Positions 44,124-52,967 of a stretch of DNA of 58,999 bases are shown here, in pieces. This stretch comes from a virus (lineage: Duplodnaviria; Caudoviricetes): the IMG/VR virus record IMGVR_UViG_3300010966_000080, positions 1 to 58,999 of that record; one strand, 5' to 3'. Within the stretch, counting starts at the first letter, position 1, and the number at the start of each line of letters is the position of its first letter. A program made the position numbers and the translations under genes. The notes under the pieces were generated by a model, which saw only the letters and a program-made list of their open reading frames with translations, ran no database searches and had not been told where the DNA came from.

Positions 44124-44166
44124 GTTGCTGATGACCCCTCCTAGCCAATGCAATCAGGGGTTGCAA
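44124..44166 (-). promoter_or_regulatory. early promoter/leader, copy 4
   Basis: TTGCAA-N7-TTGCA...ATCAGCAAC; 41/46 identical to copy 3. Confidence 0.75.
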
Positions 44167-44449
44167 GCCCCTTTCTCACCAATTCGACGATTTCTTCGAT
44201 CTCTTCGACTGTCCGCACGATAAACACGGGGAACTGCGCCTCGCGCATGCGCTCGATCTCGCGCTGCTGGTGGCCGCTCAGCCGATCCCCGTCCGCCTTG
44301 ATCTCGACGAAGGCGGCGCGCGGCCACTCCCACCAAATGAAGCAGTCAGGGCAGCCCCGGCGGCCCTCCCAGCGGACCTTGCGGTATTGGCCACCACTGC
44401 CCTGCACGAGGCGCTTCAACCGGTCCTGTAGCTTGCCTGCGGGGGTCAT
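44141..44449 (-). CDS. VRR-NUC nuclease
   Basis: G..GCPD...FVEIKA....LS..Q.RE. Confidence 0.85.
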   Translation of the reverse strand: MTPAGKLQDRLKRLVQGSGGQYRKVRWEGRRGCPDCFIWWEWPRAAFVEIKADGDRLSGHQQREIERMREAQFPVFIVRTVEEIEEIVELVRKGLATPDCIG

Positions 44450-44967
44450 AGCAGCCTCGCAAACTCTTTGGCGTACCGCCTCGCGCCCTCGGCGTAGGCT
44501 GCGGCGGCCTCCTCGGTGGTGTCGTAGTGGCCGAGAAAAACCCCTCTACGGTTGTGGCTTATCGTTGCTCGCCACCGGCGGGCGGCTTTATCCCAGCATA
44601 CGCCCTTGAAACCGGATTTATTTCTTCGGGAAAGCTTGGCGTTGTACTGATTTTGCTTATTCGTCGCCAATCTGAGATTCGCCCAAGCGTTGTTGTGGGC
44701 GTTACCATCTCGGTGGTCGACATCACCCTCGGGCCAACATCCGGTAACAAAGAGCCAAGCAAGCCGATGGAGCTTATAATGCCTCCCCCCGATTTTTACC
44801 GACCGGCACCTCGGCGAGTTGTTACCGGCCTCGGATCCCGCGTATACAGCGTTCCAAGTGCTGCAGGCACGGTCCGAGGAAAAATGGCTTCGGGGGCGAC
44901 GGTGCCAAGTAAACACACCTGTCTCCGCGTCATAGGTCAAGCAAGTGCTGGCATATTCTAAGTCCAC
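44446..44967 (-). CDS. HNH endonuclease with AP2 domain
   Basis: YD.ETG.F.W; HRLAW...DH.DG...NN...NLR; N.SG.KGV.W.....W.A.I.....LG.Y...EEAA.AY. Confidence 0.9.
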   Translation of the reverse strand: MDLEYASTCLTYDAETGVFTWHRRPRSHFSSDRACSTWNAVYAGSEAGNNSPRCRSVKIGGRHYKLHRLAWLFVTGCWPEGDVDHRDGNAHNNAWANLRLATNKQNQYNAKLSRRNKSGFKGVCWDKAARRWRATISHNRRGVFLGHYDTTEEAAAAYAEGARRYAKEFARLL

Positions 44968-44976
44968 AATAGACCT

Positions 44977-46962
44977 CTACTTCCTGTACCTGTCTGTTTC
45001 CATACCATCGGCGGCCAGCGGTATGCCCGGCGCCCACGGCACCTCGGTGGACATCATGGAGGCCAGCGCTTCGAAGGTGAAGTCGGGGCTGTCAGGAACC
45101 TCGCACACGAGCTCGTCGTGGACCCGCAAAACTACCGGGTACCCAGAGAGGCTCGCCCTTCGGAACCCCCGCATAAACACATCGCGGCTGGCCGCTTGGC
45201 AGGCCTGCTCAAAGAACTTGCCTCCGTAGGTGTCTACCCGCTGCCATTTACGCGTGTACTGATTTACACCCTCGTATGTAAGCGACCCGCTTTCGCTGAT
45301 AGCGGGGCGACAGTAGCTGATGAAGCGACCGCTAGGCAGCCGCATGCGCAGCCAGAAAATACCGCCAGCGTCCGTTATGGTATCAAACCGAAGGACACCC
45401 CTTACGTCGAAGCTCTCGCCCGGAGAGCGCAGCGCGGACCTAGCGGCACCCTCCAGATCGTACCACATAGATTTTATTGCAGGGTGCGCCTTGCGCCACG
45501 CCTGCACGATAGCTCCTATTTCCTCGTCAGACAGGGTGTCCGCAAGCGCCCCCGCCATAGCGCGGAAAGCACCGACGCCGCCCTGATACTGCAGGCTCAG
45601 CTCCTGCACCTTACCGATCTGACGCATGCTGCCATCGCCGTGCTTCTTGTTGTGGAGCACGTCCTCGATAGTCACGCCGAACGACCGGGCATATGCGACG
45701 ACGTACAGGTCGGCGCCCTCCCCCCTGTCAAAGGCGCGGAAAGCCTTCAACTTCCATTCCTCGCTAGCTAGCCATGCGGCCATGCGCCCCTCGATGTTAG
45801 ACAAGTCTGCCACGACAAACTTGCAGCCTTTGGTAGGAACAAGTACGCCTCGCACAGCGCTGGCGCAAAGTTGGCTCACGTTGTCAAACAGTAGGTCTTC
45901 GCAGTCCAGTTTCATGGCCTCGATGCCAAGAGCTATTTTCTCATAAGGCATTGAACTTCTTGGCAAGTTTTGCGGCTGGAAGATTTTTCCGCTATCGCGA
46001 CCTGTACGCCCCGCCCCGCAGAACTGGATGATGCCTCGCAACCGACCATCACTCGAAACCGCATCTAAGAGCGTCTTGTACTTAGCCGGGGAGGTTGCGG
46101 CGGCCTGCTGCCGTATCTCCAAAAGCTCTCTCGCTTCGGGCGTGAGATTTTGCGATGTGAGCATCTTGCTTACTGTGGCCCCCCGAAGATCCGATACGTC
46201 TACACCCAAATCGGCCTGAAGGTGGCCGAGCAGGGCTCCTCGCTGCGTGGCCGAGCCAACCGCTCCCGAGGTCAGAACGTTCGCACGAGCGGCCAGAGAT
46301 CGCGTAGCTCGTTCAAAAGCTCGGAGAGCGGATCGTGCGAGTTCAGTATCGACGGCGATACCACTGTCTGCAGCTCCTTGGTCAAGTCGCCAGAGTTGGC
46401 GCTCACCGTCAGTATAATTCCATCGTGGGAGACGTCCGCGTACGCCTCGCATAGCGTCCACATCGAGCCGGGCGTATTCGATGAAGCGCTGCCACTCATC
46501 CGGGTGTGTCTCTCTCGTCGCGCGCCGCAGCTTCATCTTCGCAGGGCGGGGCTTGCTGAAGATGTTTATCAGCTTCTTGCCGTCTTTGTCTTTAGCCTTG
46601 TCCACCGGCACGCCCAACACGTCGCACAACACACCCAGAGAGCCGGGCAGGCTGTGCTGCAGCGCGATCACCATGGTGTCAGTGATTTTATCCACAGGAA
46701 TAATTACGCCACGGTGGCGCAGCACCGTGCGGTCGAATGCGGAGTTGTGGATAACTACTTCGTCGGCACTGTCGATCATGTGCTGCAACGAGGCCAACTG
46801 GCTTCCGCGCGTTTCGGGGTCCGAGGTGTCCCAGACCACCACTGGCTCGTCATCGACGGCCAGCGCGACGAGCAACACCTCGGCGTTCTCGGCGTAGCGG
46901 TGCGCGCCGTTCTTGATCGGCGTCTCGCAAAAGGTTTCAAGGTCGAGATAAAGTGTAAGCAC
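44977..46962 (-). CDS. DNA polymerase family A with 3'-5' exonuclease
   Basis: YLDLETF, HNSAFD, motif A ADLSNIEGR, motif B RQIGKVQEL..QY, motif C VHDE; GTG at 46962 after GGAGGAG. Confidence 0.92.
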   Translation of the reverse strand: MLTLYLDLETFCETPIKNGAHRYAENAEVLLVALAVDDEPVVVWDTSDPETRGSQLASLQHMIDSADEVVIHNSAFDRTVLRHRGVIIPVDKITDTMVIALQHSLPGSLGVLCDVLGVPVDKAKDKDGKKLINIFSKPRPAKMKLRRATRETHPDEWQRFIEYARLDVDAMRGVRGRLPRWNYTDGERQLWRLDQGAADSGIAVDTELARSALRAFERATRSLAARANVLTSGAVGSATQRGALLGHLQADLGVDVSDLRGATVSKMLTSQNLTPEARELLEIRQQAAATSPAKYKTLLDAVSSDGRLRGIIQFCGAGRTGRDSGKIFQPQNLPRSSMPYEKIALGIEAMKLDCEDLLFDNVSQLCASAVRGVLVPTKGCKFVVADLSNIEGRMAAWLASEEWKLKAFRAFDRGEGADLYVVAYARSFGVTIEDVLHNKKHGDGSMRQIGKVQELSLQYQGGVGAFRAMAGALADTLSDEEIGAIVQAWRKAHPAIKSMWYDLEGAARSALRSPGESFDVRGVLRFDTITDAGGIFWLRMRLPSGRFISYCRPAISESGSLTYEGVNQYTRKWQRVDTYGGKFFEQACQAASRDVFMRGFRRASLSGYPVVLRVHDELVCEVPDSPDFTFEALASMMSTEVPWAPGIPLAADGMETDRYRK

Positions 46963-47105
46963 GGTCGCTCCTCCGTTCAGGAAGAGTGCGCGAGAGTTAT
47001 CAGCAACGGAGGAGCGAACCCACGTTCTCTCGCGCACCCTACCTGAAAGGAGGGACGCACCAGCCTAGCAAACATCGCCGGAAGGGCAAAGTGCTGGTGC
47101 GCCCC
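46963..47105 (-). ncRNA. structured leader / small RNA upstream of the DNA polymerase
   Basis: Two 13-14 bp hairpins, each extended by a G.U pair only on the minus strand; loop complementary to the pol RBS. Confidence 0.6.
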
Positions 47106-47119
47106 AAATAGACCGCCTG

Positions 47120-47374
47120 TTACAGCAAGTCCATACCCAATTCGCTGGCATAGATCTGCAGGAGAGCATTGCGCTCCTTGAGATCGTCCGGCTTCATCTT
47201 GCGGAGGCGGATCACCTCACGCATGATCTTGGCGTCGAAACCGACCGCCTTGGCCTCCGCGAAGACATCCTTGATGTCGTCCGCCACGCCCTTCTTCTCT
47301 TCATTCAAACGCTCAACGCGCTCGACGAGGAGGCGGAGGCGGTCGTTGACCCCCTCCTCCGGTTCGCGCGCCAT
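47120..47374 (-). CDS. gapR: GapR/DUF2312 DNA-binding protein
   Basis: LRLLVERVERL.EEKK..ADDIKDVFAEAK..GFD.KI.R.VIRLRK. Confidence 0.9.
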   Translation of the reverse strand: MAREPEEGVNDRLRLLVERVERLNEEKKGVADDIKDVFAEAKAVGFDAKIMREVIRLRKMKPDDLKERNALLQIYASELGMDLL

Positions 47375-47376
47375 CG

Positions 47377-47961
47377 TCACAGGACGTCGTCCGCGTCGGC
47401 CTTGGCCTTCGCCATGCCAGCGAACTCGTCGGCCGAGGCTGGGCTCGATCCGCCGCCGAAGTTTTCGCCCTCGCCGGTCAGCATGACGCCGCGCAGCGAG
47501 CAGTTGACGCGGCGGCCCCACTTGTTGTCCTGCGCCCAGATCTCCACCGAGGCGTTGACACGCGCGCCGGAGAACGCTTGACGCTCGATGTCGGCCTTGC
47601 CAGACAGCTCCTCGCCGTACTGGTTGAAGACCGTCGGCTGGGACTTGGCATTGCGCGCCGACAGGACGTGTGTGCCCTCGAAGCCCTGATAGGGTTCGCC
47701 GGTCTTTTTCGAGCGGTAGACCTTCTTGACGAAGGCGACCTTGCCGTCTTCGACGAGCATGGCGAGGACGCTGTCCGCCTTGTCTTTCCACGCCTCCTTG
47801 GCCTCCGCCATCATGGCGGCCTCGATAGCCTTCTGGTGGTCGCCGTTGATGGTGATGGGGAACTTGGCACCGTAGGCCGGTTCGCCTTCGCCGAAAGCCT
47901 GCGGCTCGGCGAGTGCGGGGAATGCCATGGTGACGCCCTTGAGCATGATGCGAGTAGCCAT
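47377..47961 (-). CDS. ssDNA-binding protein (DUF2815-like)
   Basis: FP.L.EP; SG..VNA....WAQDN.WG.R.N..L.GV....GE.FGGG; acidic tail. Confidence 0.8.
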   Translation of the reverse strand: MATRIMLKGVTMAFPALAEPQAFGEGEPAYGAKFPITINGDHQKAIEAAMMAEAKEAWKDKADSVLAMLVEDGKVAFVKKVYRSKKTGEPYQGFEGTHVLSARNAKSQPTVFNQYGEELSGKADIERQAFSGARVNASVEIWAQDNKWGRRVNCSLRGVMLTGEGENFGGGSSPASADEFAGMAKAKADADDVL

Positions 47962-47989
47962 TGTCAATTATCCACTTCTCAGTTTGCAG

Positions 47990-49201
47990 TTACACGAGGT
48001 CGCGAAAGTCATCCGCGACCGATTGAACGTCCAGTGCTGGACGCTTGTCAGTGGCCGGGGCCACAGACGGCTTGCCCGTGCTCTGGGTGATGTGCTCCTG
48101 CACCTTCGCCCACCGCTTGGGGTTTTCCTTGAAGACCTTCTCCGCCGTTGTCGGGCTGATCAGGCTCAAGTCATACGCCTCGTCCTGCCGCAGACGAAAC
48201 GATTTGAAGAGGCTTTCCACAGCCTTTGCGTCGACCCACTTCCGGTGGCCGCGCTTGCCCTCGACGAGCTTGAAGCCGTCGACCTGCTTGCCCGCCAGAA
48301 GGCGGCGCTCGACCTCGGCGCGGATCGCCTTGCACCAGTCCTCGACCAGCCCGACCTTCGACATGGCGATGGACAGGTAGTTGTCGCCGGTCTGCATGTC
48401 GGGCGTGTGCGGCAACAGGTCAGCGAAGTCGTCCAGCGTCGCGGTGTCGTGGACGATGTCCCCGACTTCGGCCTTGAGCGCCGGGCACGTGGCCTTGGCG
48501 CGGCAGAAGCGGCACTGCTTCTCGCCGGGGTTGAGGTAGGTGCCGTTCCACGTCTCGTGGCCTTCGTCAACGCGGGCGTGCGCGGCCGTGGTTGCGGCGT
48601 CGGCCACCTGCGTGCCGAAGGCCAGCAGGTGCTGCACGGGGACCGACCACTCGCTCACGTGGTTGAGGCGCGGCATGTGGATGACCATGGTGACGATCTC
48701 GAAGTCGCCGAGGATCCCGAACTCCTCCAGTGCGCCGAGGGCGTACATCTGGAGCTGCGGGTTGTTGTCGGCGTCGACGCGGACGCCCATGCCGTACTTG
48801 AGGTCGACGACGATCAGCTCGTTGCCCTTGACGATGACCGCGTCGGACGTGCCGGTGGCGCCGTCCTCAGCCGTCAGGTGACCGATGGGCACCCGCTGCT
48901 CGACCATGAGTGTGCCGCCAGCCGCGTACTCGCGGACCAACTTGGCGTAGTCCTGCACGTAGGCCGCCATGTCGTCGGTGACGGTGAAGGCCCGCTCGCC
49001 GACCTTGATCTCCCCGCCGATGTACGTGTCGACGGGGAGGCCGTCCTCGAGCACCCACGAGGCGAGGGTGTGCGCTGCCGTGCCCTCGTCGGCGTAGACG
49101 CTGCTGCTGTCAGGGTAGGCCGCCTCCAGCACGTTGCTGCCGGGGCAGGGCATCCAGCGGTGGGCACCGCTGGGGCTCAGTCTGGCGTGGAGGCCCGCCA
49201 T
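47990..49201 (-). CDS. Cas4-like PD-(D/E)xK exonuclease (DUF2800)
   Basis: HA.LSPS.A.RW..CPGS, EGT.AH, GTSD...VDLKYG.G..V, NPQL..YALG, C.FC.A...C. Confidence 0.88.
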   Translation of the reverse strand: MAGLHARLSPSGAHRWMPCPGSNVLEAAYPDSSSVYADEGTAAHTLASWVLEDGLPVDTYIGGEIKVGERAFTVTDDMAAYVQDYAKLVREYAAGGTLMVEQRVPIGHLTAEDGATGTSDAVIVKGNELIVVDLKYGMGVRVDADNNPQLQMYALGALEEFGILGDFEIVTMVIHMPRLNHVSEWSVPVQHLLAFGTQVADAATTAAHARVDEGHETWNGTYLNPGEKQCRFCRAKATCPALKAEVGDIVHDTATLDDFADLLPHTPDMQTGDNYLSIAMSKVGLVEDWCKAIRAEVERRLLAGKQVDGFKLVEGKRGHRKWVDAKAVESLFKSFRLRQDEAYDLSLISPTTAEKVFKENPKRWAKVQEHITQSTGKPSVAPATDKRPALDVQSVADDFRDLV

Positions 49202-49701
49202 CAGGCCGCGACCTCGGCCAGTGCGGCGACCAGCTCAGGGAGCTGCTCGGAGGCCACTTGCGAGGCACGCTCGACGCCGAACTGGGCGAGGACTTCCTGT
49301 ACCCACGGCTTGCCCTTGACCTTGACGGCGTTCAGGACGACCGGCGCGACGTCCTTGTCGAAATCGAGCGCGGGGCCGTCAGAAGCCGAGGCGGAGTTTT
49401 CGGCGGAGGCGTCGGTGCTCGTCGAGGTCTCGGCGCTCTCGCTCGCCTCCTGCGGGGCAGTCGCAGTATCGCTCTCGAACGATGCCGTCTCCGCCGCATC
49501 GGCTGCAGGCTCCCCCACAGGCTTCTCCGCGACCTCTTCGCCGGTGATCTCCGCCTTCGCCTTGCGCGGCTTCGTCGCCGCCTTGACCTCGGCCATGACC
49601 GGGTCGACGACAGCAGTGGTCTGCATCGTCGCGGCCAGCGCCAGCACCTTGCCCGCCAGCTCAGTCAAGCTCGCTGCGGTGATCTCTACTTTGTAACTCA
49701 T
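49201..49701 (-). CDS. acidic replication-module protein
   Basis: Acidic linker with helical C-terminus (L..FG....S.V) upstream of DUF2800. Confidence 0.7.
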   Translation of the reverse strand: MSYKVEITAASLTELAGKVLALAATMQTTAVVDPVMAEVKAATKPRKAKAEITGEEVAEKPVGEPAADAAETASFESDTATAPQEASESAETSTSTDASAENSASASDGPALDFDKDVAPVVLNAVKVKGKPWVQEVLAQFGVERASQVASEQLPELVAALAEVAA

Positions 49702-49886
49702 GCCATGCTCCTGTGGTTGAAAATGTAGCGCCCGCCAACGGTGTTGGTGCCGCTGTTGAGCCAAACGTTAGTTTGCTCCAGTCGCTCCGCCATGGCGACG
49801 GCCATGTCGGGGTCGATGCCCTCCTCGCTGGCGACAGTGAGCAGCTCGCGCGTGTCCATGCTGCGGTAGCGGTCTAAGTCTCGCAT
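49698..49886 (-). CDS. hypothetical protein
   Basis: GAGGAG RBS, ATGA coupling. Confidence 0.6.
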   Translation of the reverse strand: MRDLDRYRSMDTRELLTVASEEGIDPDMAVAMAERLEQTNVWLNSGTNTVGGRYIFNHRSMA

Positions 49887-49897
49887 TGGTGTGCTCC

Positions 49898-50077
49898 TCA
49901 AAAATTCCACGGCGTCGCGCCGTAGCGCTTGGCCAGCTCGCGGGCTTCCTTCTTGGTCGCGACGTTGAAGCCGAAGACCTTGCTGCGGTGCCCGTTGGTG
50001 ATGCGGTTCAGGTCCAGCACCGGGGAGCGCGTCTTGCTCCCCGGATAGAACTCGGCGGCGAGAATACCGTGTGACAT
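49898..50077 (-). CDS. hypothetical protein
   Basis: MSHGILAAEFY...PWNF; AAGGGGG RBS. Confidence 0.6.
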   Translation of the reverse strand: MSHGILAAEFYPGSKTRSPVLDLNRITNGHRSKVFGFNVATKKEARELAKRYGATPWNF

Positions 50078-50087
50078 TCGCGCCCCC

Positions 50088-50396
50088 TTACGACTTGCGG
50101 GCCACGACCTTGACGGTCGTGTAGCCCTTGGCGGTCTTCTGGTTCTTGCTGAACCAGCGGCCGTCGACGCCCAACTCGCGCAGCTTGGCCTCGGCGGCCT
50201 TGGCGTCGAGCGAGCGGCGCTCGGCGACCGCGCTGACAGTCGCACGAAAGAAGCGACCGTCGATGGCGTCCGCGCCGCTCTGGGTGATGCGAGCGACCAG
50301 TTCGGCCTCGACTTCCTTGAGCTGCGCGATCTGCGCCTTGATGTCGCCGAGGCGGTCTACGACGGCAGAGGTGAAATCAATCGGCTGGGTAGCCAT
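50088..50396 (-). CDS. hypothetical protein
   Basis: VDRLG.IKAQIA.LK coiled coil; AGGAG RBS. Confidence 0.75.
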   Translation of the reverse strand: MATQPIDFTSAVVDRLGDIKAQIAQLKEVEAELVARITQSGADAIDGRFFRATVSAVAERRSLDAKAAEAKLRELGVDGRWFSKNQKTAKGYTTVKVVARKS

Positions 50397-50415
50397 GTCA
50401 GTTGCTCCTGTATGC

Positions 50416-50458
50416 GTTGCTGATGAACTGTAGATAGCACCGCAACGCGGGATTGCAA
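50416..50458 (-). promoter_or_regulatory. early promoter/leader, copy 5
   Basis: TTGCAA-N7-TTGCG...ATCAGCAAC. Confidence 0.75.
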
Positions 50459-50462
50459 CCCC

Positions 50463-52499
50463 CTACTCGTAAAAAACAACCACACCCCCCTTAATTTGCA
50501 GCGGGCCGTCCTTTTCCTTGCCCAGCGTCTCAATCGCCCGCGTCACGCGCTGGCGGCGGGTGTCGCGCTCGCCGGTCTCCGGCGGCGGCAGCATCTCCGT
50601 AGACTTATCCACAAGTTCTTGCATCTTCACTGCGTCGCGTGCGCCGAAGAGCGCCATCACCTCGAGGACGTGTGTCTCGACGCGCCCGCGCCGCTTGACC
50701 TGCTTGCCGACGCCGACCTCGGCCTTGGGCGCCTCGGCCTCAATGATGACGCAGGACGTAATCGGGTCTCCGTCTCCGTCGAAGCCCAGCTCCAGCGTCT
50801 CCAGCTCGAACGCCCAGCGCAGGCCGTCCTCGCCATCCTTGAGCTTCTCAAGGTAGATCTCACGGACGCCGTTCTCGTGGCGGATCACCTCGAGCTGTAC
50901 GTCGGCGGCGGCCTTGATGCCTGACCAGCCGCGCGAGCCCTTGCTGGCGTCCTTGCCCGAGTGGTGGACGAGCAGGATCATAGCCCCGCTGGCCTCACAC
51001 AGTGCGCGGGCGTTGGCCAGCGCACGGCCCATGTCCTCGGCGGAGTTTTCGTTGGCGCCCGGCGTGACCTGCGCGAAGGTGTCGATGATGATCAGGTCGA
51101 AGCCACCGGCGGCGACAATCGCGCGCTGGATGTCGGCGATGTCCTCGCGGTCCATGAAGTTCGGCGCCGCGTACATGACGCTCAGGTCGGTCTCGGACGG
51201 ATCGATCTTGTGCTTGCGGTAGTACGCCTTGAGGCGCCTGCTGAGACCGCCGCCGCCCTCCGCGCCGACGTACAGGACGCGCGCTCGCTTCACGCGGTGG
51301 CCGCGCCACGGCACGCCGCGCGCTATCGCCATGGCGAGGTCGAGGGCGACGAAGGTCTTGCCGCTGCCGGATGCGCCGAAGAGCACGCCCAGATCGCCGC
51401 GCGGCAGCACACGCTTGACGAACCAATCGACGGGCTCGCGCTCGCTGGCCTGCGAGGCGTGGACGATGGGGAAGCGCCCCTCGAAGTCGTCAGGCGTCGC
51501 GCCGCCGGTGCCCCTCTCGGTCTCCGCCACCGCCGACTTGAGCTGCTCGGCGGTGGCGAGGCTAGGGCGCGGGGCACCTGCCTCTCTCGCCATCCTGATG
51601 ACGCTGGCCATGGTGACCTGCCTGCGGCCTGCGCCCTTGCGGCGCTCGAAGCTGTCCCACTGCTGCCGCAGGGCCTCCTCGGACGGGTACTTGCCACCCA
51701 TCTCGCTCCAGTCGTGCCACAGGTCGAAGCCGGTATCGTCACCCTCACACTCGTGGTGCAGGGCCATGCCGACGCGGATCCAGTCCTCGCGGCCCATGTC
51801 GGGATCGAGCGCGTCCAGCAGCTCGCTCATCTGCTCGATGGTCAGGCCGAGCCTTGGCTCGTGTCCGGCCATGAAGTCGTCGGGGTCGAAGCTGGCGGCG
51901 GCGCCAGAGCTGCCGAAGCGCGTCTGGCACAGGTCGACGAGGGTCGACGGCGTGGGAGCCACGCGGTCCTCGTAGCCGAGGATGTCGACGTGCGGCAGCG
52001 GGTTGGCGGTGAAGGTCACGAAGCCGGACGAGGCGAAGGTCTCCAACCCGTAGTGGTCGGCGTCTGTCGGGCTCTTGTGGTTGCCGAGGTTGCCGGTGAA
52101 GAAGGCCCGTATGCCTTTGCCGCTGGGGCTGTACTCGGCGTAGGTGTGCTGGACGATCTCTTGGATGTCGGCGGGGATGTTGCCGTCGGCGTCGACGCAG
52201 TGATCCACGTCCAGCGCGGTCACCTGCCAGTCGGGCAGCATGGCGAGGCCGACGCCGCTGAAGCCGCCACGGATCGCCGCATCGCGCGCCGCCGCGAAGG
52301 TCGTCAGGTTGGCGCGGTCCTGCGGGCTGCCCTGCTGGCCAAAGCGACGCGCGCCGCTGGCGTAGTAGGGCACCTTGCGGGGCTTCGGGTCGTCCTTGTA
52401 GGTCTCCAGCCGCCACAGCAGCCACCCCGGCAGTGCGCGCAGCGGCTCAGGGGCCTCGAGCGAGCGCAGGTGCGGCGCGATAGAGCGCACTTGTCCCAT
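50463..52499 (-). CDS. primase-helicase (AEP primase, PriCT-2, RecA-like AAA_25)
   Basis: LDVDHC, YAEYSPSGKG, W..VGMALH, GASGSGKT, IIIDTF, LVHHSGKD..KG.RG.S. Confidence 0.9.
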   Translation of the reverse strand: MGQVRSIAPHLRSLEAPEPLRALPGWLLWRLETYKDDPKPRKVPYYASGARRFGQQGSPQDRANLTTFAAARDAAIRGGFSGVGLAMLPDWQVTALDVDHCVDADGNIPADIQEIVQHTYAEYSPSGKGIRAFFTGNLGNHKSPTDADHYGLETFASSGFVTFTANPLPHVDILGYEDRVAPTPSTLVDLCQTRFGSSGAAASFDPDDFMAGHEPRLGLTIEQMSELLDALDPDMGREDWIRVGMALHHECEGDDTGFDLWHDWSEMGGKYPSEEALRQQWDSFERRKGAGRRQVTMASVIRMAREAGAPRPSLATAEQLKSAVAETERGTGGATPDDFEGRFPIVHASQASEREPVDWFVKRVLPRGDLGVLFGASGSGKTFVALDLAMAIARGVPWRGHRVKRARVLYVGAEGGGGLSRRLKAYYRKHKIDPSETDLSVMYAAPNFMDREDIADIQRAIVAAGGFDLIIIDTFAQVTPGANENSAEDMGRALANARALCEASGAMILLVHHSGKDASKGSRGWSGIKAAADVQLEVIRHENGVREIYLEKLKDGEDGLRWAFELETLELGFDGDGDPITSCVIIEAEAPKAEVGVGKQVKRRGRVETHVLEVMALFGARDAVKMQELVDKSTEMLPPPETGERDTRRQRVTRAIETLGKEKDGPLQIKGGVVVFYE

Positions 52500-52529
52500 G
52501 GTGTCTTTATCCCCTTCCACGGGCTTCGC

Positions 52530-52787
52530 TTAGAGCAGGTCGGCTGCGGTTGATGGCGGTGTCGCGACGAGGGCCGCGAGGCGCGGCTCCATGGTGCGGG
52601 CGCGGGGCACGTCGAAGACAGCCTCCATGACCAGCGCCTTATCGGCCGGAGCCCAGCCGCGCCGCTTCCACGCGTATACCGCCTGATGCGTCACGCCCAC
52701 CGCCTTGCTGAAGGCGACGATGCCGCCCGCGCGGGTGATGGCGAGGTCTATAGATGCGACACGTTCGACCTTGTCGGTTTCAATCAC
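52530..52787 (-). CDS. Cro/YdaS-like HTH protein
   Basis: AI..AGG......VGVT.QAVY.W..RG..P. Confidence 0.75.
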   Translation of the reverse strand: MIETDKVERVASIDLAITRAGGIVAFSKAVGVTHQAVYAWKRRGWAPADKALVMEAVFDVPRARTMEPRLAALVATPPSTAADLL

Positions 52788-52966
52788 GCTGTTTTCCTTG
52801 TCTCGACTGCCCGGCGAAACGCCGCCGGGTGCAGTCCGTATGTGCTGGTCTCGGCCATGTACTGGCTGCGCAGCTTGGCGAGCTGCGCGTCGATCTCCGC
52901 GAGCTCGCGCTCGAGTTTGTCGCGCTTGGTGTACAGGCGATTGGCCTGCCGTTCCAGAGTGGGCAT
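52784..52966 (-). CDS. hypothetical protein
   Basis: 60-aa coiled-coil ORF, coupled to neighbours. Confidence 0.6.
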   Translation of the reverse strand: MPTLERQANRLYTKRDKLERELAEIDAQLAKLRSQYMAETSTYGLHPAAFRRAVETRKTA

Positions 52967-52967
52967 G

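Noticed and set aside
43388-44166. Promoter dyad as a CtrA, LexA or sigma54 site
   Set aside because: The N7 spacing is reminiscent, but the half-sites differ from TTAA-N7-TTAA and GTTC-N7-GTTC, and there is no GG at the sigma54 -24 position.
46963-47037. Polymerase start at 47037 as in the ORF track
   Set aside because: The extension only translates the hairpin; the strong GGAGGAG RBS and the exonuclease I motif support GTG at 46962.
47990-49201. Cas4-like gene as evidence of CRISPR-Cas
   Set aside because: It is the DUF2800 phage exonuclease in its usual SSB/polymerase context; no array or other cas genes.
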